A stretch of 64,000 nt of DNA from Bacteroidota bacterium (GCA_028288625.1 JAQBNI010000150.1:1584-65583); one strand, 5' to 3'. Counted from the first letter of the stretch, positions 10,005 through 21,035 are shown. Made by a program: numbers and translations. Notes: generated by a model not told the origin, from the letters alone.

Positions 10005-12353
10005 ATGATAACAATCATTCAAAAAATAAAAAACCTATCTATGTTAAAACGTAACTTGAAATACATAGTATTCCTTTTGCTGCTTACAAATAAAATAAAG
10101 GTAACAGCACAGGTGCAGGCAAAATATGAAATTGCACAAGGGTTGTATAACCGGCTGGCTTATAGTGAAGCCATAAAATATCTGAACGAATTCTTAAAGA
10201 AGAAAGATGATATTGACGGACAGATCATGCTGGCAAATTGTTACAGGAGAACAGGTCAACTTGATAAAGCTGAAGAGTGGTATCATAAAGTTGTTGCCAA
10301 TAAGGATTTAAAAGATCCGCTTCAGCGTTTGTATTATGCACAGGTGCTGCAATCAAATGAAAAATATTCCGGCGCGGCATTGATGTACAATAATTATATG
10401 ATGGCAGCTCCAAACGACAAAAGGGCAGCTAACCAGTTCAGTGCTTGTAGTGACATTAGTCAATACACCGGCGATTCATTGAGTTTTCTGATTCTTAACA
10501 TGCCTTTTAATACAAACGGGTATGATTTCGGCGCTTGCATAAAAAGAAACAGGTTCTTTTATACATCCACCGGAAATAAAAATCAAAAGAATGTAAAAAC
10601 CGATCGGTTTCTCAACGAAGCGTATATGAATTTATACGAAGTTCAGCTCGCAGATTCGGGAATTATGTCATCCGATCCAAAAGCATTGGAAACAGGAGTG
10701 AATACAAAATATCATGAAGGTCCGATGTGCTTCAGTCCTTTTCAGGATATAGTTTATTTTACGCGAAATGATTACAATCCTGATAAGAGTACCGGCAAGC
10801 TGGGTTTTGGTTCGGATAAGATCATCAACTTAAAAATTTATCAGGCGGAAATAAAAGTCGGGCAATGGATAAATGATGCAGAGCTTCCTTTCAACAGCAA
10901 GCAATACAGCTGCGGGCATCCCACCATCGATGCAGATCATAAAGTAATGTATTTTGCTTCGGATATGCCCGGCGGATTCGGCGGTACAGACATATGGCGT
11001 AGTGAATGGATCGGGGATAAATGGCAAAAGCCAAAAAATCTTGGACCAAAGATCAATACGGAAGGAAATGAAATGTTTCCGTTCTATCACCAGGGCGGCA
11101 CACTTTATTTTGCAAGTGACGGATTGCCGGGACTTGGTGGTCTCGATATTTTCTCTGCTACTATGGAAAACCTCGAGCCGTCTAATGTAACAAACATTGG
11201 TTCTCCGATCAATTCCAGCAAGGATGATTTTGGATATTTGCTTTCTGATGATAAAAACAGCGGATATTTTTCAAGTGATAGATCCGGTGGGAAAGGAGAG
11301 GATGATATTTATAAATTCCTTCCTAACAAGTATGAACTTGAGGGATTGGTCGTAGACAAAAATACACAGTCGCCCATCCAAAGCTCCAATGTAAAAGAAC
11401 TGCTTGTGTCTACAACGCTGGAAGAACCTGCTGAAGGAAAGGTGTTTGGTCCTGAAGGAGAGATCATGTGGAATAAAGTAATAAAGGAAATAAAGAAGCA
11501 AGAGTTCACTACGAATATAGAAGGAAAATTTTCCGATGTAGTGAATGGCACAGTGACCTATAAATTTTTGGCAAACGCCGACAACTATCAGCCTAACTTC
11601 ACAAAGATCACGATCGAACCTGTAGAATCTACTCATAAATATTATGTGAAGGTGGAATTGTTGCCCATCATAGGAGAAGTTTTAGTGATCGATGCCAATA
11701 CGAAAAAACCAATTGAAAATGCCCAGGTCGCCATCAATTCAAAATGTCTTACGAACAGCGTGAATATAAATACGCCTTCCACAGGAAAAAATTATTTCGA
11801 GCTTAAGAATAATTGTGATTACGATTTCCTTGCAAATGCGAAAGGATATCTTCCTTCATCTTCCAAAAAATCCGTGATCAATATACAAGACACTTTACAT
11901 TATGTAATTGAACTTGCACCGATCAACAAAGAACCGATCGCACTCAAAAATATATATTATGACTTTGACAAATGGGATATCCGCGAAGATGCTGTTCCTG
12001 ATCTGAATATGCTTTTGTCGTTCATGGTACAGAACCCTGACGCGATCGTTGAATTGGGTTCACATACGGATGCCCGTGGCGACGACGCTTATAATTTGAG
12101 ATTATCTCAAAATCGTGCGCAATCTGTTGTGGACTGGCTTATCCAACATAAAATATTAAAAGATAAAATTGTGCCAAAGGGATATGGTGAGACCAAACCT
12201 CTGAACACGTGCACCAACGATGTAAAATGCTCCGAGGAAGACCACCAGAAAAACAGGAGAACGGAATTCAAAGTATTAAATGCGGGGGAAGTAACAGTTT
12301 CCCAGGATAAAAAAGATGTAAAGGTCAACAAGTGTAAGAATTGTCCTTTTTGA
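10005..12353 (+). CDS. PorE-like OmpA-family protein (TPR + PD40/WD40-like + carboxypeptidase-regulatory-like + OmpA_C)
   Basis: N-terminal TPRs; PD40 repeats (YFASDMPGGFGGTDIW, GYFSSDRSGGKGEDDIY); OmpA_C motifs (IYYDFDK, SHTDARG, NLRLSQNRA, NRRTEF); start may be 10041. Confidence 0.9.
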   Translation: MITIIQKIKNLSMLKRNLKYIVFLLLLTNKIKVTAQVQAKYEIAQGLYNRLAYSEAIKYLNEFLKKKDDIDGQIMLANCYRRTGQLDKAEEWYHKVVANKDLKDPLQRLYYAQVLQSNEKYSGAALMYNNYMMAAPNDKRAANQFSACSDISQYTGDSLSFLILNMPFNTNGYDFGACIKRNRFFYTSTGNKNQKNVKTDRFLNEAYMNLYEVQLADSGIMSSDPKALETGVNTKYHEGPMCFSPFQDIVYFTRNDYNPDKSTGKLGFGSDKIINLKIYQAEIKVGQWINDAELPFNSKQYSCGHPTIDADHKVMYFASDMPGGFGGTDIWRSEWIGDKWQKPKNLGPKINTEGNEMFPFYHQGGTLYFASDGLPGLGGLDIFSATMENLEPSNVTNIGSPINSSKDDFGYLLSDDKNSGYFSSDRSGGKGEDDIYKFLPNKYELEGLVVDKNTQSPIQSSNVKELLVSTTLEEPAEGKVFGPEGEIMWNKVIKEIKKQEFTTNIEGKFSDVVNGTVTYKFLANADNYQPNFTKITIEPVESTHKYYVKVELLPIIGEVLVIDANTKKPIENAQVAINSKCLTNSVNINTPSTGKNYFELKNNCDYDFLANAKGYLPSSSKKSVINIQDTLHYVIELAPINKEPIALKNIYYDFDKWDIREDAVPDLNMLLSFMVQNPDAIVELGSHTDARGDDAYNLRLSQNRAQSVVDWLIQHKILKDKIVPKGYGETKPLNTCTNDVKCSEEDHQKNRRTEFKVLNAGEVTVSQDKKDVKVNKCKNCPF

Positions 12354-12613
12354 TAAGAAAACAAGTTCAAATATTAACAAAAAATTAATTGATTTAGATC
12401 AATGAAAGGCTTGGTATTTTAATAAATAATATACAATTTTGTACCTATAATGCTACTGAGGAAATGGGATTTGGTTACATAAAAACTTCATCGGATTTTA
12501 ATAAATAGGGCTTCAGATTATTCATATGAAGCTATTTGAATCATAAGTAAAAATATCCTTTTTTGTATTTTTAGGGATTAATTTGCTGTACTCAACTTTA
12601 TTTAAAAATGCTG

Positions 12614-12638
12614 GCCGGAAGTAATTCCGGCTTTTTTT
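12614..12638 (+). terminator. intrinsic terminator
   Basis: GCCGGAA-gtaa-TTCCGGC followed by a T7 tract. Confidence 0.75.
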
Positions 12639-12763
12639 ATTTGACTATCAGCTTCTTAACAAAGTATTTATTCTTTTAGATGAATATGTCCCCTAACCGT
12701 ATTATTTTTGTGAAATTAAATTTATATCACATTTGCGCTGCACGCAAATTCTAAATAAAAAAG

Positions 12764-14107
12764 ATGAGTTGTAATAGTTGTGGAACCAGTGTTGGCGGCG
12801 TGCCAACGGGTTGTAAAAGTAACGGGCATTGTGCTACAGGTGGTTGTTCAAAGTTGGAAGTTCACGATTGGCTGAGTGATATCACTGCTGATCCTTATGC
12901 CAGGTATAATATTCACGAAGTAAGCTTTAAAAATGGTTCGCGAAAAGGTTTTTACCGCAATGAGAAACGTATAGATCTCTATACCGGCGATTATGTGATC
13001 GTGGAAGCTGTTGCAGGTTATGATCTCGGACAAATAACATTAAGCGGCGAACTGGTGCGTTTGCAAATGAAGAAAAAACGCATCAAGGAAAATTCGGAAG
13101 ATATCCGGAATATTCTTCGCATTGCAAAAGATAATGAACTGCACTTAATGGAGCAGGCGCGTGCCAAAGAAAAACAGACCATGTTGAAAGCGCGAATTCT
13201 TGCGCGAAATCTTGGATTGGATATGAAGCTGGGTGATGTGCAGTTCCAGGCTGATGGAAGGAAAGCTACTTTTTATTATACTGCCGATGGTCGTGTTGAT
13301 TTTCGTGAGTTGATCAAGGTGCTTGCAGGAGAATTTAGAGTGAAGATCGAAATGAGACAGATCGGTGCAAGACAGGAAGCGGGAATCGTTGGCGGAATAG
13401 GCTCTTGTGGAAGAGAACTGTGCTGTTCTACGTGGCTGACCAGTTTTAAATCAGTAAATACAACTGCAGCACGCTATCAGAATTTATCAATCAATCAAAC
13501 AAAGCTCAGCGGACAATGCGGCAGATTAAAATGTTGTCTCAATTATGAGCTCGATACTTATCTCGATGCTTTGCGTGATGTCCCTGAAAAAGCGGAAACA
13601 CTCCAATTGGAAACCGGTGAGGCTCGATTAATGAAAACGGATGTATTGAAAGGATTGATGTTTTATACCGTGAAAGGTTCAGGTACATTTTATCCCATCT
13701 CGTTGGAAAATGTAAAAATGATCTTAGAGATGAATGCAAATGGCAAACGACCTGCAGATATTACAGAGCTCGTAGAAGTTGAAGAAAAAGCAGGTGCTGA
13801 AGAAGTGCTTGAGTTTGCTGATGTTGTAGGACATATTTCTCTTGCGAGCCTGGATCGTAAAGACAAAAAAGAGTATCACAGAAACAAGCAGCAAAATCGT
13901 CCGCAAGGAAATAATCGCCAGCAGCCAAATAAGGAAGTTCGTGGTGATGCGCAAACTCAAAACAGGCAGCAACAAAAACCACAAAACAGACCACAGCAGA
14001 ATAAACCTCAGAATGAACGACAAAATCCTCAACGACAAAATCGTCCACCAAGACCAAACAATCCCGGTAATAATCCCAACAGGAATGATTCTCCGAAAAA
14101 ATCATAA
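12764..14107 (+). CDS. ricT: PSP1 domain protein (RicT/YaaT family)
   Basis: Cys-rich N-terminus; FYYTADGRVDFRELIK, GGIGSCGRELCC and KLSGQCGRLKCCLNYE motifs; low-complexity N/Q/R/P tail. Confidence 0.88.
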   Translation: MSCNSCGTSVGGVPTGCKSNGHCATGGCSKLEVHDWLSDITADPYARYNIHEVSFKNGSRKGFYRNEKRIDLYTGDYVIVEAVAGYDLGQITLSGELVRLQMKKKRIKENSEDIRNILRIAKDNELHLMEQARAKEKQTMLKARILARNLGLDMKLGDVQFQADGRKATFYYTADGRVDFRELIKVLAGEFRVKIEMRQIGARQEAGIVGGIGSCGRELCCSTWLTSFKSVNTTAARYQNLSINQTKLSGQCGRLKCCLNYELDTYLDALRDVPEKAETLQLETGEARLMKTDVLKGLMFYTVKGSGTFYPISLENVKMILEMNANGKRPADITELVEVEEKAGAEEVLEFADVVGHISLASLDRKDKKEYHRNKQQNRPQGNNRQQPNKEVRGDAQTQNRQQQKPQNRPQQNKPQNERQNPQRQNRPPRPNNPGNNPNRNDSPKKS

Positions 14108-14690
14108 GATCTACGGACTGATATTCTTCTTATGTCTATTGTTGAATAATTGTTTTGCTCAAAAGAATAAAGAGAAACCCTTTCTACCTGTTAATGCAAT
14201 GCCTGCTGAATTCAGAAAACAGATCCATACCGTTAACAGTGAATTTAAATTTGCATATGGCATGCGATTGGATTCTGTGATGCGTGAGATCCGTAATTAT
14301 ACTCCGCAGGAGGTACGAGGATTTATTTTAAGAGAGAAAGATTACGAAAAAATATTTCGCTGTCCTTTCTGGATCGCGATGGACAGTGCACGTTATTGTT
14401 CCATGATCCCTGTATTAATTGACTTATTGACGGATACGACCTATGTTGGCTTAACAAACGCAAATGATGTAACCATATGGTGCCGTGTAAAGACAAATCA
14501 ATTGGTTTATAATTCTGCTAACTACCAAATTGACGATGATATTTTTAAAGTTTGCGGTCGGGCGAGCTGGATATTAAAACGATTAACTAAAAATGAATTC
14601 GGTATTATCCGCTGTGAAACAAAAATGGAAGATATTTTTCCGATTCAGCAGCAGTGGAAGAAATGGTTGACTACACTAAAAGTGAAATGA
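14085..14690 (+). CDS. exported hypothetical protein
   Basis: In frame with ORF 13842..14690; ATG at 14085 gives a signal peptide (MILRKNHKIYGLIFFLCLLLNNCFAQ). Confidence 0.7.
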   Translation: MILRKNHKIYGLIFFLCLLLNNCFAQKNKEKPFLPVNAMPAEFRKQIHTVNSEFKFAYGMRLDSVMREIRNYTPQEVRGFILREKDYEKIFRCPFWIAMDSARYCSMIPVLIDLLTDTTYVGLTNANDVTIWCRVKTNQLVYNSANYQIDDDIFKVCGRASWILKRLTKNEFGIIRCETKMEDIFPIQQQWKKWLTTLKVK

Positions 14691-14698
14691 AAGATGTC

Positions 14699-14750
14699 GT
14701 CATCCTAAACTTGATTGCTTCGCCAGTTCGCTTCGCTCGTGTCAGGATCT
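14699..14750. repeat. GTCATCC...GGATCT palindromic element with nested GCTTCGCCAGTTCGCTTCGCTCG insert
   Basis: Flanks match the 61626-61651 element (GTCATCCTrAACTTGATT / CAGGATCT); lies between convergent genes. Confidence 0.7.
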
Positions 14751-15578
14751 AAAAAATCCAATTGTTTTCTCAACCGCAGTCCTTGAATCTTTCGATAATT
14801 TGTTTTCTGTCCACGGATGTTTTCCGCCAAACGTGTGATCTGCATCCTCAATTAAAAATAATTCACTTTTTTTATTCCACTCATGGAGTTGTTCAGCGGA
14901 ATAATATGGAACAGAACTGTCATTTGTGCCATGAACGATTAACCATGGCACCTCAATTTCTTTTGCAGCCCCTGGTATGTTAAGTCTTTCTTTATTTGCG
15001 ATATAATTTTCATACAGCTGGTAATTCAGCGGCATATTTTGATTTGTACGTGAATTAAAAGTGTACAATATCCCCTCATTTTTCCACTTCTCAATATCCT
15101 GAGATTGCACAAAGTCTTCTATATCTTTCACGCTTGCCCATGTTTCCAGTTTTTTTATCCGCTTATCTTCATGCGTTTTCAGTATTGCCGTTCCACCGCC
15201 GCGGCTATGTCCCATTAAATAAATTTTATCCGGATCACCGGAATATAGTTTTGCATTTTGTTCTATGAAATCAATGACCAGTCCCAAGTCATTCAACTCA
15301 ACAGTAAAATTATTTTCAGCAAATGCATCCAAGTCTGCAAAGTCTGTGGGCTGCTCAACAGTTGTTCCGTTAAATGAAAAATTGAATTTCAAAAAAACAA
15401 AATTATTTTTGCAAAATTCTTCCGCAACGAGATCAAAATGTCCCCAGTTTTTAAATCCTTTAAAACCATGACAAAAAATAACGATGGGTTGAAAGCTATC
15501 GTTTTCGATATAACAAATATCCAGCATAATTGGTCTTACAGAAGAGCCTTTAATAATAATATCGCCGGTCTTTTTCAT
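14742..15578 (-). CDS. alpha/beta hydrolase
   Basis: HGFKGFKNWG, nucleophile motif GHSRGG, HGTND, HTFG; start placed at MKKTG (15578) to avoid overlap with the divergent gene. Confidence 0.88.
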   Translation of the reverse strand: MKKTGDIIIKGSSVRPIMLDICYIENDSFQPIVIFCHGFKGFKNWGHFDLVAEEFCKNNFVFLKFNFSFNGTTVEQPTDFADLDAFAENNFTVELNDLGLVIDFIEQNAKLYSGDPDKIYLMGHSRGGGTAILKTHEDKRIKKLETWASVKDIEDFVQSQDIEKWKNEGILYTFNSRTNQNMPLNYQLYENYIANKERLNIPGAAKEIEVPWLIVHGTNDSSVPYYSAEQLHEWNKKSELFLIEDADHTFGGKHPWTENKLSKDSRTAVEKTIGFFRS

Positions 15579-15626
15579 TTTGTATATCGGGATTAAGCGT
15601 TTACCTTTAACAAAAATACACAACTT

Positions 15627-16601
15627 ATGAGCAATAAGGTAGACAACCTGAAAGCTCCGATTGAAAAAGAATTGGAATTGTTTGAGCACAAGTTTCGCGA
15701 GGTAATGCGGAGTCATGTGGCATTGCTGGATAAGGTGAATTATTATATTTACCAGCGAAAGGGAAAACAGGTGCGTCCGATGTTTATCTTTTTATCCGCG
15801 AAGATGTGTGGCGAGGTAACAGAGGCAACATTTACAGGCGCATCGCTGGTAGAGTTGTTGCATACAGCTACGCTCGTGCACGATGATGTTGTGGATGATG
15901 CTTATGAACGGCGAGGTTTTTTTTCTATTAATGCCTTATGGAAAAATAAGATCGCAGTTTTAGTGGGAGATTATTTTTTATCGAAAGGTTTATTGCTTGC
16001 GTTAGATACCAAGAATTATAACTTGCTGCATATTGTTTCTACTGCTGTTAAGCGCATGAGTGAAGGGGAGTTGCTGCAGATGGAGAAAGCGAGGAGACTC
16101 GATATTGATGAAAGTGTTTATTTTGAAATTATCCGTAATAAAACGGCTTCATTAATTGCTGCCGCCTGCGAGGTAGGTGCCGCATCCGCAACAGATGATA
16201 CGGAACTGATAGAAAAAATGCGGCTGGTTGGAGAGCATATCGGCGTTGCGTTTCAAATAAAAGATGATTTGTTTGATTATGGCGAAGCAGATATAGGTAA
16301 GCCACGCGGAATAGATATTAAAGAACGGAAAATGACGTTACCGCTTATTTACACCCTGAATAATTCATCAAAAGAAGAAAAAAAATGGATCATTAATACG
16401 GTGAAGAACCATAATGAAGATAAAGAGCGCGTGAATGAATTAATAAAATTTATTCAGACTAAGGGGGGTATTGAATATTCTGAGAAGAAAATGTATGAAT
16501 TTAAACAGAACGCATTTGATATTATTGATACAATAAAAGATTCAGATGCTAAAACAGGATTGCTGGATCTGGTAAATTATATTACAGAAAGGAATTATTA
16601 A
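15627..16601 (+). CDS. ispB: polyprenyl (octaprenyl-type) diphosphate synthase
   Basis: GKQVRP, first DDxxD (HDDVVD..ERRG), KTA, FQIKDDLFD motifs. Confidence 0.9.
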   Translation: MSNKVDNLKAPIEKELELFEHKFREVMRSHVALLDKVNYYIYQRKGKQVRPMFIFLSAKMCGEVTEATFTGASLVELLHTATLVHDDVVDDAYERRGFFSINALWKNKIAVLVGDYFLSKGLLLALDTKNYNLLHIVSTAVKRMSEGELLQMEKARRLDIDESVYFEIIRNKTASLIAAACEVGAASATDDTELIEKMRLVGEHIGVAFQIKDDLFDYGEADIGKPRGIDIKERKMTLPLIYTLNNSSKEEKKWIINTVKNHNEDKERVNELIKFIQTKGGIEYSEKKMYEFKQNAFDIIDTIKDSDAKTGLLDLVNYITERNY

Positions 16602-16602
16602 A

Positions 16603-17604
16603 ATGCAGGTTGCTCCTCAAATACCAAATAACAAAGAAAAGATCTTTGTGCAATCTTTCACGCTGTTTGTGGGTGTGTTGTTATTAGGGGTCAAGTTTTT
16701 TGCTTTTTTTAAAACCAATTCAAACGCGATCCTTACAGATGCACTTGAAAGCATCATAAATGTAATAGCTGGTGGCTTTGGCTTATACAGCTTATACTTA
16801 GCCGCTAAGCCACATGATGAAGACCATCCGTACGGACATGGAAAGATCGAATTTATTTCTGCAAGTATTGAAGGCTCGCTGATCTTATCTGCCGGTATTG
16901 CCATGATCATAAAATCGAGCTATAATTTATTTTTTCCTATTCATATTGCAAAACTCAATATCGGTATGATCTTAGTGGTCGTTTCAGGGTTTGTGAATTA
17001 TCTGATGGGAATTTATGCTGCACGTCAAGGTGAAAAAAATAGTTCTTTAGTTTTGGTTGCCAGTGGTGCGCATTTAAAAGCGGATGCTTATACGTCTCTC
17101 GGGTTGCTTGTAGGTTTATCTCTTATTTTACTGACTCGTTTATTCTGGCTGGATAATGTTGTTGCTATTATTATGGGCATTGTGATTATTTATAGTGGGT
17201 ATAAAATTTTAAAACGATCCGTAGCAGGTATCATGGATGAAGCTGATTTTGCGTTGCTTTCAAAAGTAGTTCAACACCTCAATGGAAACAGAAGCATGAA
17301 CTGGCAGGACATTCACAATTTAAGAATCATCAAATTCGGGGACCAAATTCATATTGATTGTCATGCTACCATTCCATGGTATTTTAATGCAGTGGAAGTG
17401 CATGAGGAATTAAAGCTTATCGAACAAAAAATGAAAGAGGTCATTCCGAATAACCTGGAAACCTTTATTCATGCGGATCCTTGTTTGCCGAAATCCTGTA
17501 AAAGTTGCTACAAAGATGATTGCCAGCACCGTATACATCCATTTGCACGAAGAATTGAATGGGATCTGGAAAATGTAATGAAAAATGAAAAACATTTTTT
17601 GTGA
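16603..17604 (+). CDS. cation diffusion facilitator (CDF) transporter
   Basis: Six TM helices, DALES, HPYGHGKIE, HLKAD, C-terminal dimerisation domain with Cys-rich tail. Confidence 0.9.
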   Translation: MQVAPQIPNNKEKIFVQSFTLFVGVLLLGVKFFAFFKTNSNAILTDALESIINVIAGGFGLYSLYLAAKPHDEDHPYGHGKIEFISASIEGSLILSAGIAMIIKSSYNLFFPIHIAKLNIGMILVVVSGFVNYLMGIYAARQGEKNSSLVLVASGAHLKADAYTSLGLLVGLSLILLTRLFWLDNVVAIIMGIVIIYSGYKILKRSVAGIMDEADFALLSKVVQHLNGNRSMNWQDIHNLRIIKFGDQIHIDCHATIPWYFNAVEVHEELKLIEQKMKEVIPNNLETFIHADPCLPKSCKSCYKDDCQHRIHPFARRIEWDLENVMKNEKHFL

Positions 17605-17632
17605 AAAACTTGCAACTTCCGACAAAAATACA

Positions 17633-17651
17633 TAAATTTGTGACAGATGTC
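17633..17651 (+). promoter_or_regulatory. Bacteroidota -7 promoter element and palindromic operator of the TA operon
   Basis: TAAATTTG (17633-17640) matches TAnnTTTG; GACA-GA-TGTC palindrome at 17642-17651 just before the antitoxin ATG. Confidence 0.55.
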
Positions 17652-17656
17652 GTACG

Positions 17657-18124
17657 ATGAAAAAGAAACAAAATATAAAATCAGCTTCAGTTAAAGTAAA
17701 AGAGGTATCTGTTCTTCAGGAGCCTGAAGTACAATACATAGCCGGTAACACTGCCTTTCCTTATCGCATCATAGATACAGCCCGTGATGGGATTTCTAAA
17801 GGTTCCTTTATGAATTTTATCAATAAATTTGATTATACACTACGCGAAGTAGCTTCTGTTCTGAACCTTTCGGAACGCACCTTGCAACGCTATGAAAACT
17901 CTGATAAACTAAGCAAGGATGCTTCAGAGCGAGCATTGCATTTTAAACGCTTATATACAAAGGGAGAAACCGTTTTCGGTTCTATCGATGCTTTCAATGA
18001 ATGGATGAAAACATCAAACTTGCTTTTCAATAATAAAAAGCCAATGTCATACCTCGATACTTCTTTCGGTTTTGAAATGCTGGAAGATGAATTGGGTCGC
18101 ATTGAACACGGCATATTTGCTTAA
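17657..18124 (+). CDS. Xre/MbcA/ParS-type antitoxin (HTH + C-terminal toxin-binding domain)
   Basis: HTH (LREVASVLNLSERTLQRY) and C-terminal GETVFG..AFNEWM...KPMSYLDTSFG..LGRIEHG; upstream of a RES gene. Confidence 0.9.
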   Translation: MKKKQNIKSASVKVKEVSVLQEPEVQYIAGNTAFPYRIIDTARDGISKGSFMNFINKFDYTLREVASVLNLSERTLQRYENSDKLSKDASERALHFKRLYTKGETVFGSIDAFNEWMKTSNLLFNNKKPMSYLDTSFGFEMLEDELGRIEHGIFA

Positions 18125-18141
18125 ACTTCTTAAAATTTTTG

Positions 18142-18597
18142 ATGCTTGTATATAGAATTTGCAGGGACGAATTTGCTAATGATTTAACGGGTCTCGGTGC
18201 AAGGTTATACGGCGGGCGCTGGAACAGCAAAGGCATTTCTATGCTGTATACTTCCTCCTCAAGAGCCCTGGCAACATTAGAAATTCTTGTTCATATGCCG
18301 GCAACTATTACACTCGTTGATTACAGTATCATTACGATTGATGTACCGGAAGCCAGCATAGAAGAAATTCCATTTTCCGTTATCAAAAGTGAGTATGAAA
18401 TTTATGGATTAAATGCGAATTTCAGTTGGATAGGAGATGGCTTTTGCAGGAAAAATAATCACCTTCTTTTAAAAGTGCCTTCCATAATCGTCAGGGAAGA
18501 ATTTAATTATCTAATAAATCCCGGGCACCGGTTATTCAAAGAAGTAAAAATTAAAGAGAGGAAACCATTTGCATTAGACACGCGATTGATAAAATGA
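18142..18597 (+). CDS. RES-domain toxin (NAD+ phosphorylase family)
   Basis: YRI, G.GA..YGGRWNSKG, Y.SSS.ALA.LE, VPS.IV..E.NYLINP motifs. Confidence 0.9.
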   Translation: MLVYRICRDEFANDLTGLGARLYGGRWNSKGISMLYTSSSRALATLEILVHMPATITLVDYSIITIDVPEASIEEIPFSVIKSEYEIYGLNANFSWIGDGFCRKNNHLLLKVPSIIVREEFNYLINPGHRLFKEVKIKERKPFALDTRLIK

Positions 18598-19338
18598 TTA
18601 TTCTTTTACAGCTTTTTTTCTAAGCTCAAAATTCTGCCCGAGATAAACCCTACGCACCTGTTCATCTTCACTTAATTCATCTGCAGTGCCTTGCTTGATG
18701 ATCTTTCCTTCGAATAAAAGATATGCCCTGTCCGTAATGGAAAGTGTTTCGTGTACATTATGATCGGTGATGAGGATACCGATGTTTTTAAATTTTAGTT
18801 TTTCTACAATGTGCTGGATGTCTTCCACCGCGATCGGATCTATCCCTGCAAATGGCTCATCCAATAAAATAAATTTCGGGTCGGAAGCCAATGCTCTCGC
18901 TATTTCCGTTCTGCGGCGCTCACCACCCGACAATAATTTTCCCGGTGTCTTGCGCACATGGTTCAATCCAAATTCTTCTATCAGCGTTTCTAACTTATCT
19001 CTTTGCTCAGATTTTTTTAAGGATGTAAATTCCAAAATCGCCCTGATGTTATCTTCCACATTTAATGTTCTGAACACAGAATTTTCCTGAGGTAAATAAC
19101 CGATGCCGAGTTTTGCGCGCCTGTACATCGCCATAGAAGAAATGTCCCGGTCGTCCAGGAAAACCTTACCCTGATCAGGTGTTACCAAGCCAACCGTAAT
19201 ATAAAATGAAGTTGTTTTTCCCGCGCCATTCGGTCCGAGTAAACCTACAATTTCTCCCTGGTTAACCTGGATGGAAACATTGTCGACAACTCTGCGCTTG
19301 CTGTACGTTTTGATAAGGTTTTCTGCCCGTAAGATCAT
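18598..19338 (-). CDS. lptB: LPS export ABC transporter ATP-binding protein
   Basis: [50 protein letters not shown]. Confidence 0.95.
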   Translation of the reverse strand: MILRAENLIKTYSKRRVVDNVSIQVNQGEIVGLLGPNGAGKTTSFYITVGLVTPDQGKVFLDDRDISSMAMYRRAKLGIGYLPQENSVFRTLNVEDNIRAILEFTSLKKSEQRDKLETLIEEFGLNHVRKTPGKLLSGGERRRTEIARALASDPKFILLDEPFAGIDPIAVEDIQHIVEKLKFKNIGILITDHNVHETLSITDRAYLLFEGKIIKQGTADELSEDEQVRRVYLGQNFELRKKAVKE

Positions 19339-21035
19339 TATTGTAAATCTTTCAATTTGAATTCAATTTTTGTCTGGTTGTTCCAGACATTCGGATAAAG
19401 CTGGTAACAAATATCAAATGATTCTTTTTTCTCCATGATCTTCATATAATTTCCCATTCCAAATCCAACACCGTTTTTGGGATCCTGACCATCTTTTAAA
19501 ATATTTAATTTGAGATGATTGCCGTTTAATATTTTGCTGAAGCCGGTATCATAAACATCCTTCGTTACAAAATTCGGACACATATTTCCGGGACCAAAAG
19601 GTGCCATCTGCACTAAAATATTATAGAATCTTTCGTTTATATCCGTCAACTCTATTTCTGCATCGATCTCAATTTGCGGAATTAATTGTTCTGCCGTTAT
19701 ACGTTCCGTAACGATCTTATCAAACTGTTGAGAGAATGCTTCAATCTGGTCGAGTTCGATCGTTAAGCCTGCGGCATATTTATGTCCGCCGAATTGTACG
19801 AGATGATCACTGCATGCATCAATGGCATCGTGCAAATCAAAACCGGGAACGGAGCGACCTGAACCAACCGCTTTCCCATTTGAAGCTGCAAGAATAATTG
19901 TAGGACGATGATATTTTTCTATTAGTCGTGAAGCAACGATACCGATGACACCTTTATGCCAATGCTCACGGTATAGCACCGTCGTCTTTCTTGCTATCAT
20001 TACTTCATCGCCATCGATCATTGCAAAAGCCTCTTCTGTGATATCTTTATCCAGTGTTTTGCGGTTCGTATTATTCAGCTGTACTTTTTTTGTTTTTTCA
20101 ATCGCTGTATCATAATCATCTTCGATCAATAAAGTCACTGCCTCAGAGCCATGTGCAATTCTGCCGGCTGCATTAATTCGCGGACCAATGATAAAAACAA
20201 GATCAGTGATGTCTAAAATTCTTGTCAGTTTTAATTCACTCATCAGCGCTTTTATTCCGGCGCGTGGATTTGTATTTATTCTGTCTGTTCCGAATTTTGC
20301 AAGTATTCGATTTTCACCGGTGATAGGCACAAGATCAGATGCAATACTTACAGCTACAAGATCGAGTTGATCATAAATTTTTTCCGACAGCATATCATGT
20401 TTCATGGCATATGCCTGGATCAGCTTAAAACCAATACCGCAACCGCTAAGTTCTTTGTACGGATATTCACAATCTTTTCTTTTAGGATCCAGAACCGCTG
20501 CTGCGCCAGGAAGAATTTCACCCGGTAAATGGTGATCGCAAATGATGAAATCGATATTTCTTTCTTTTGCGTAATCTACTTTATCATTGGACTTAATGCC
20601 ACAATCAAGTGCAATGATCAGGTTGAAATTATTGTCTTTTGCGAAATCTATACCTTGAAATGATATACCATAACCTTCTGTATATCTATCAGGTATGTAA
20701 TAGGCAACATCTTTATAAATTTCTTTAAAAAAAGAATATACAAGAGAAACAGCAGTTGTGCCATCTACATCATAATCGCCATAGATCAGAATACGCTCAT
20801 TATTGGCAAGGGCATTTTCAATCCTTAAAATAGCGACATCCATATCCTTCATCAGGAACGGATCGTGCAAGCTGTCAAGGCTAGGACGGAAAAAATTCCG
20901 GGCTTCCTCAAAAGTTTTTACACCCCTCAGTACTAACAATTTACATAGTACACGGTGAATGTTCAATTGCTTTTGTAAGTCATCCACAATGGCTTCATCA
21001 GCATCTAAATATTTCCAGCGTTTCTGAGGTAGCAT
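19338..21035 (-). CDS. recJ: single-stranded-DNA-specific exonuclease
   Basis: [27 protein letters not shown] motifs; likely start MLPQKRW at 21035. Confidence 0.95.
   Translation of the reverse strand: MLPQKRWKYLDADEAIVDDLQKQLNIHRVLCKLLVLRGVKTFEEARNFFRPSLDSLHDPFLMKDMDVAILRIENALANNERILIYGDYDVDGTTAVSLVYSFFKEIYKDVAYYIPDRYTEGYGISFQGIDFAKDNNFNLIIALDCGIKSNDKVDYAKERNIDFIICDHHLPGEILPGAAAVLDPKRKDCEYPYKELSGCGIGFKLIQAYAMKHDMLSEKIYDQLDLVAVSIASDLVPITGENRILAKFGTDRINTNPRAGIKALMSELKLTRILDITDLVFIIGPRINAAGRIAHGSEAVTLLIEDDYDTAIEKTKKVQLNNTNRKTLDKDITEEAFAMIDGDEVMIARKTTVLYREHWHKGVIGIVASRLIEKYHRPTIILAASNGKAVGSGRSVPGFDLHDAIDACSDHLVQFGGHKYAAGLTIELDQIEAFSQQFDKIVTERITAEQLIPQIEIDAEIELTDINERFYNILVQMAPFGPGNMCPNFVTKDVYDTGFSKILNGNHLKLNILKDGQDPKNGVGFGMGNYMKIMEKKESFDICYQLYPNVWNNQTKIEFKLKDLQ

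Noticed and set aside
13842-14084. N-terminal extension of ORF 13842..14690 and antisense ORFs 13724..14105
   Set aside because: They overlap the low-complexity tail of ricT, which leaves alternative frames open; the signal peptide begins at 14085
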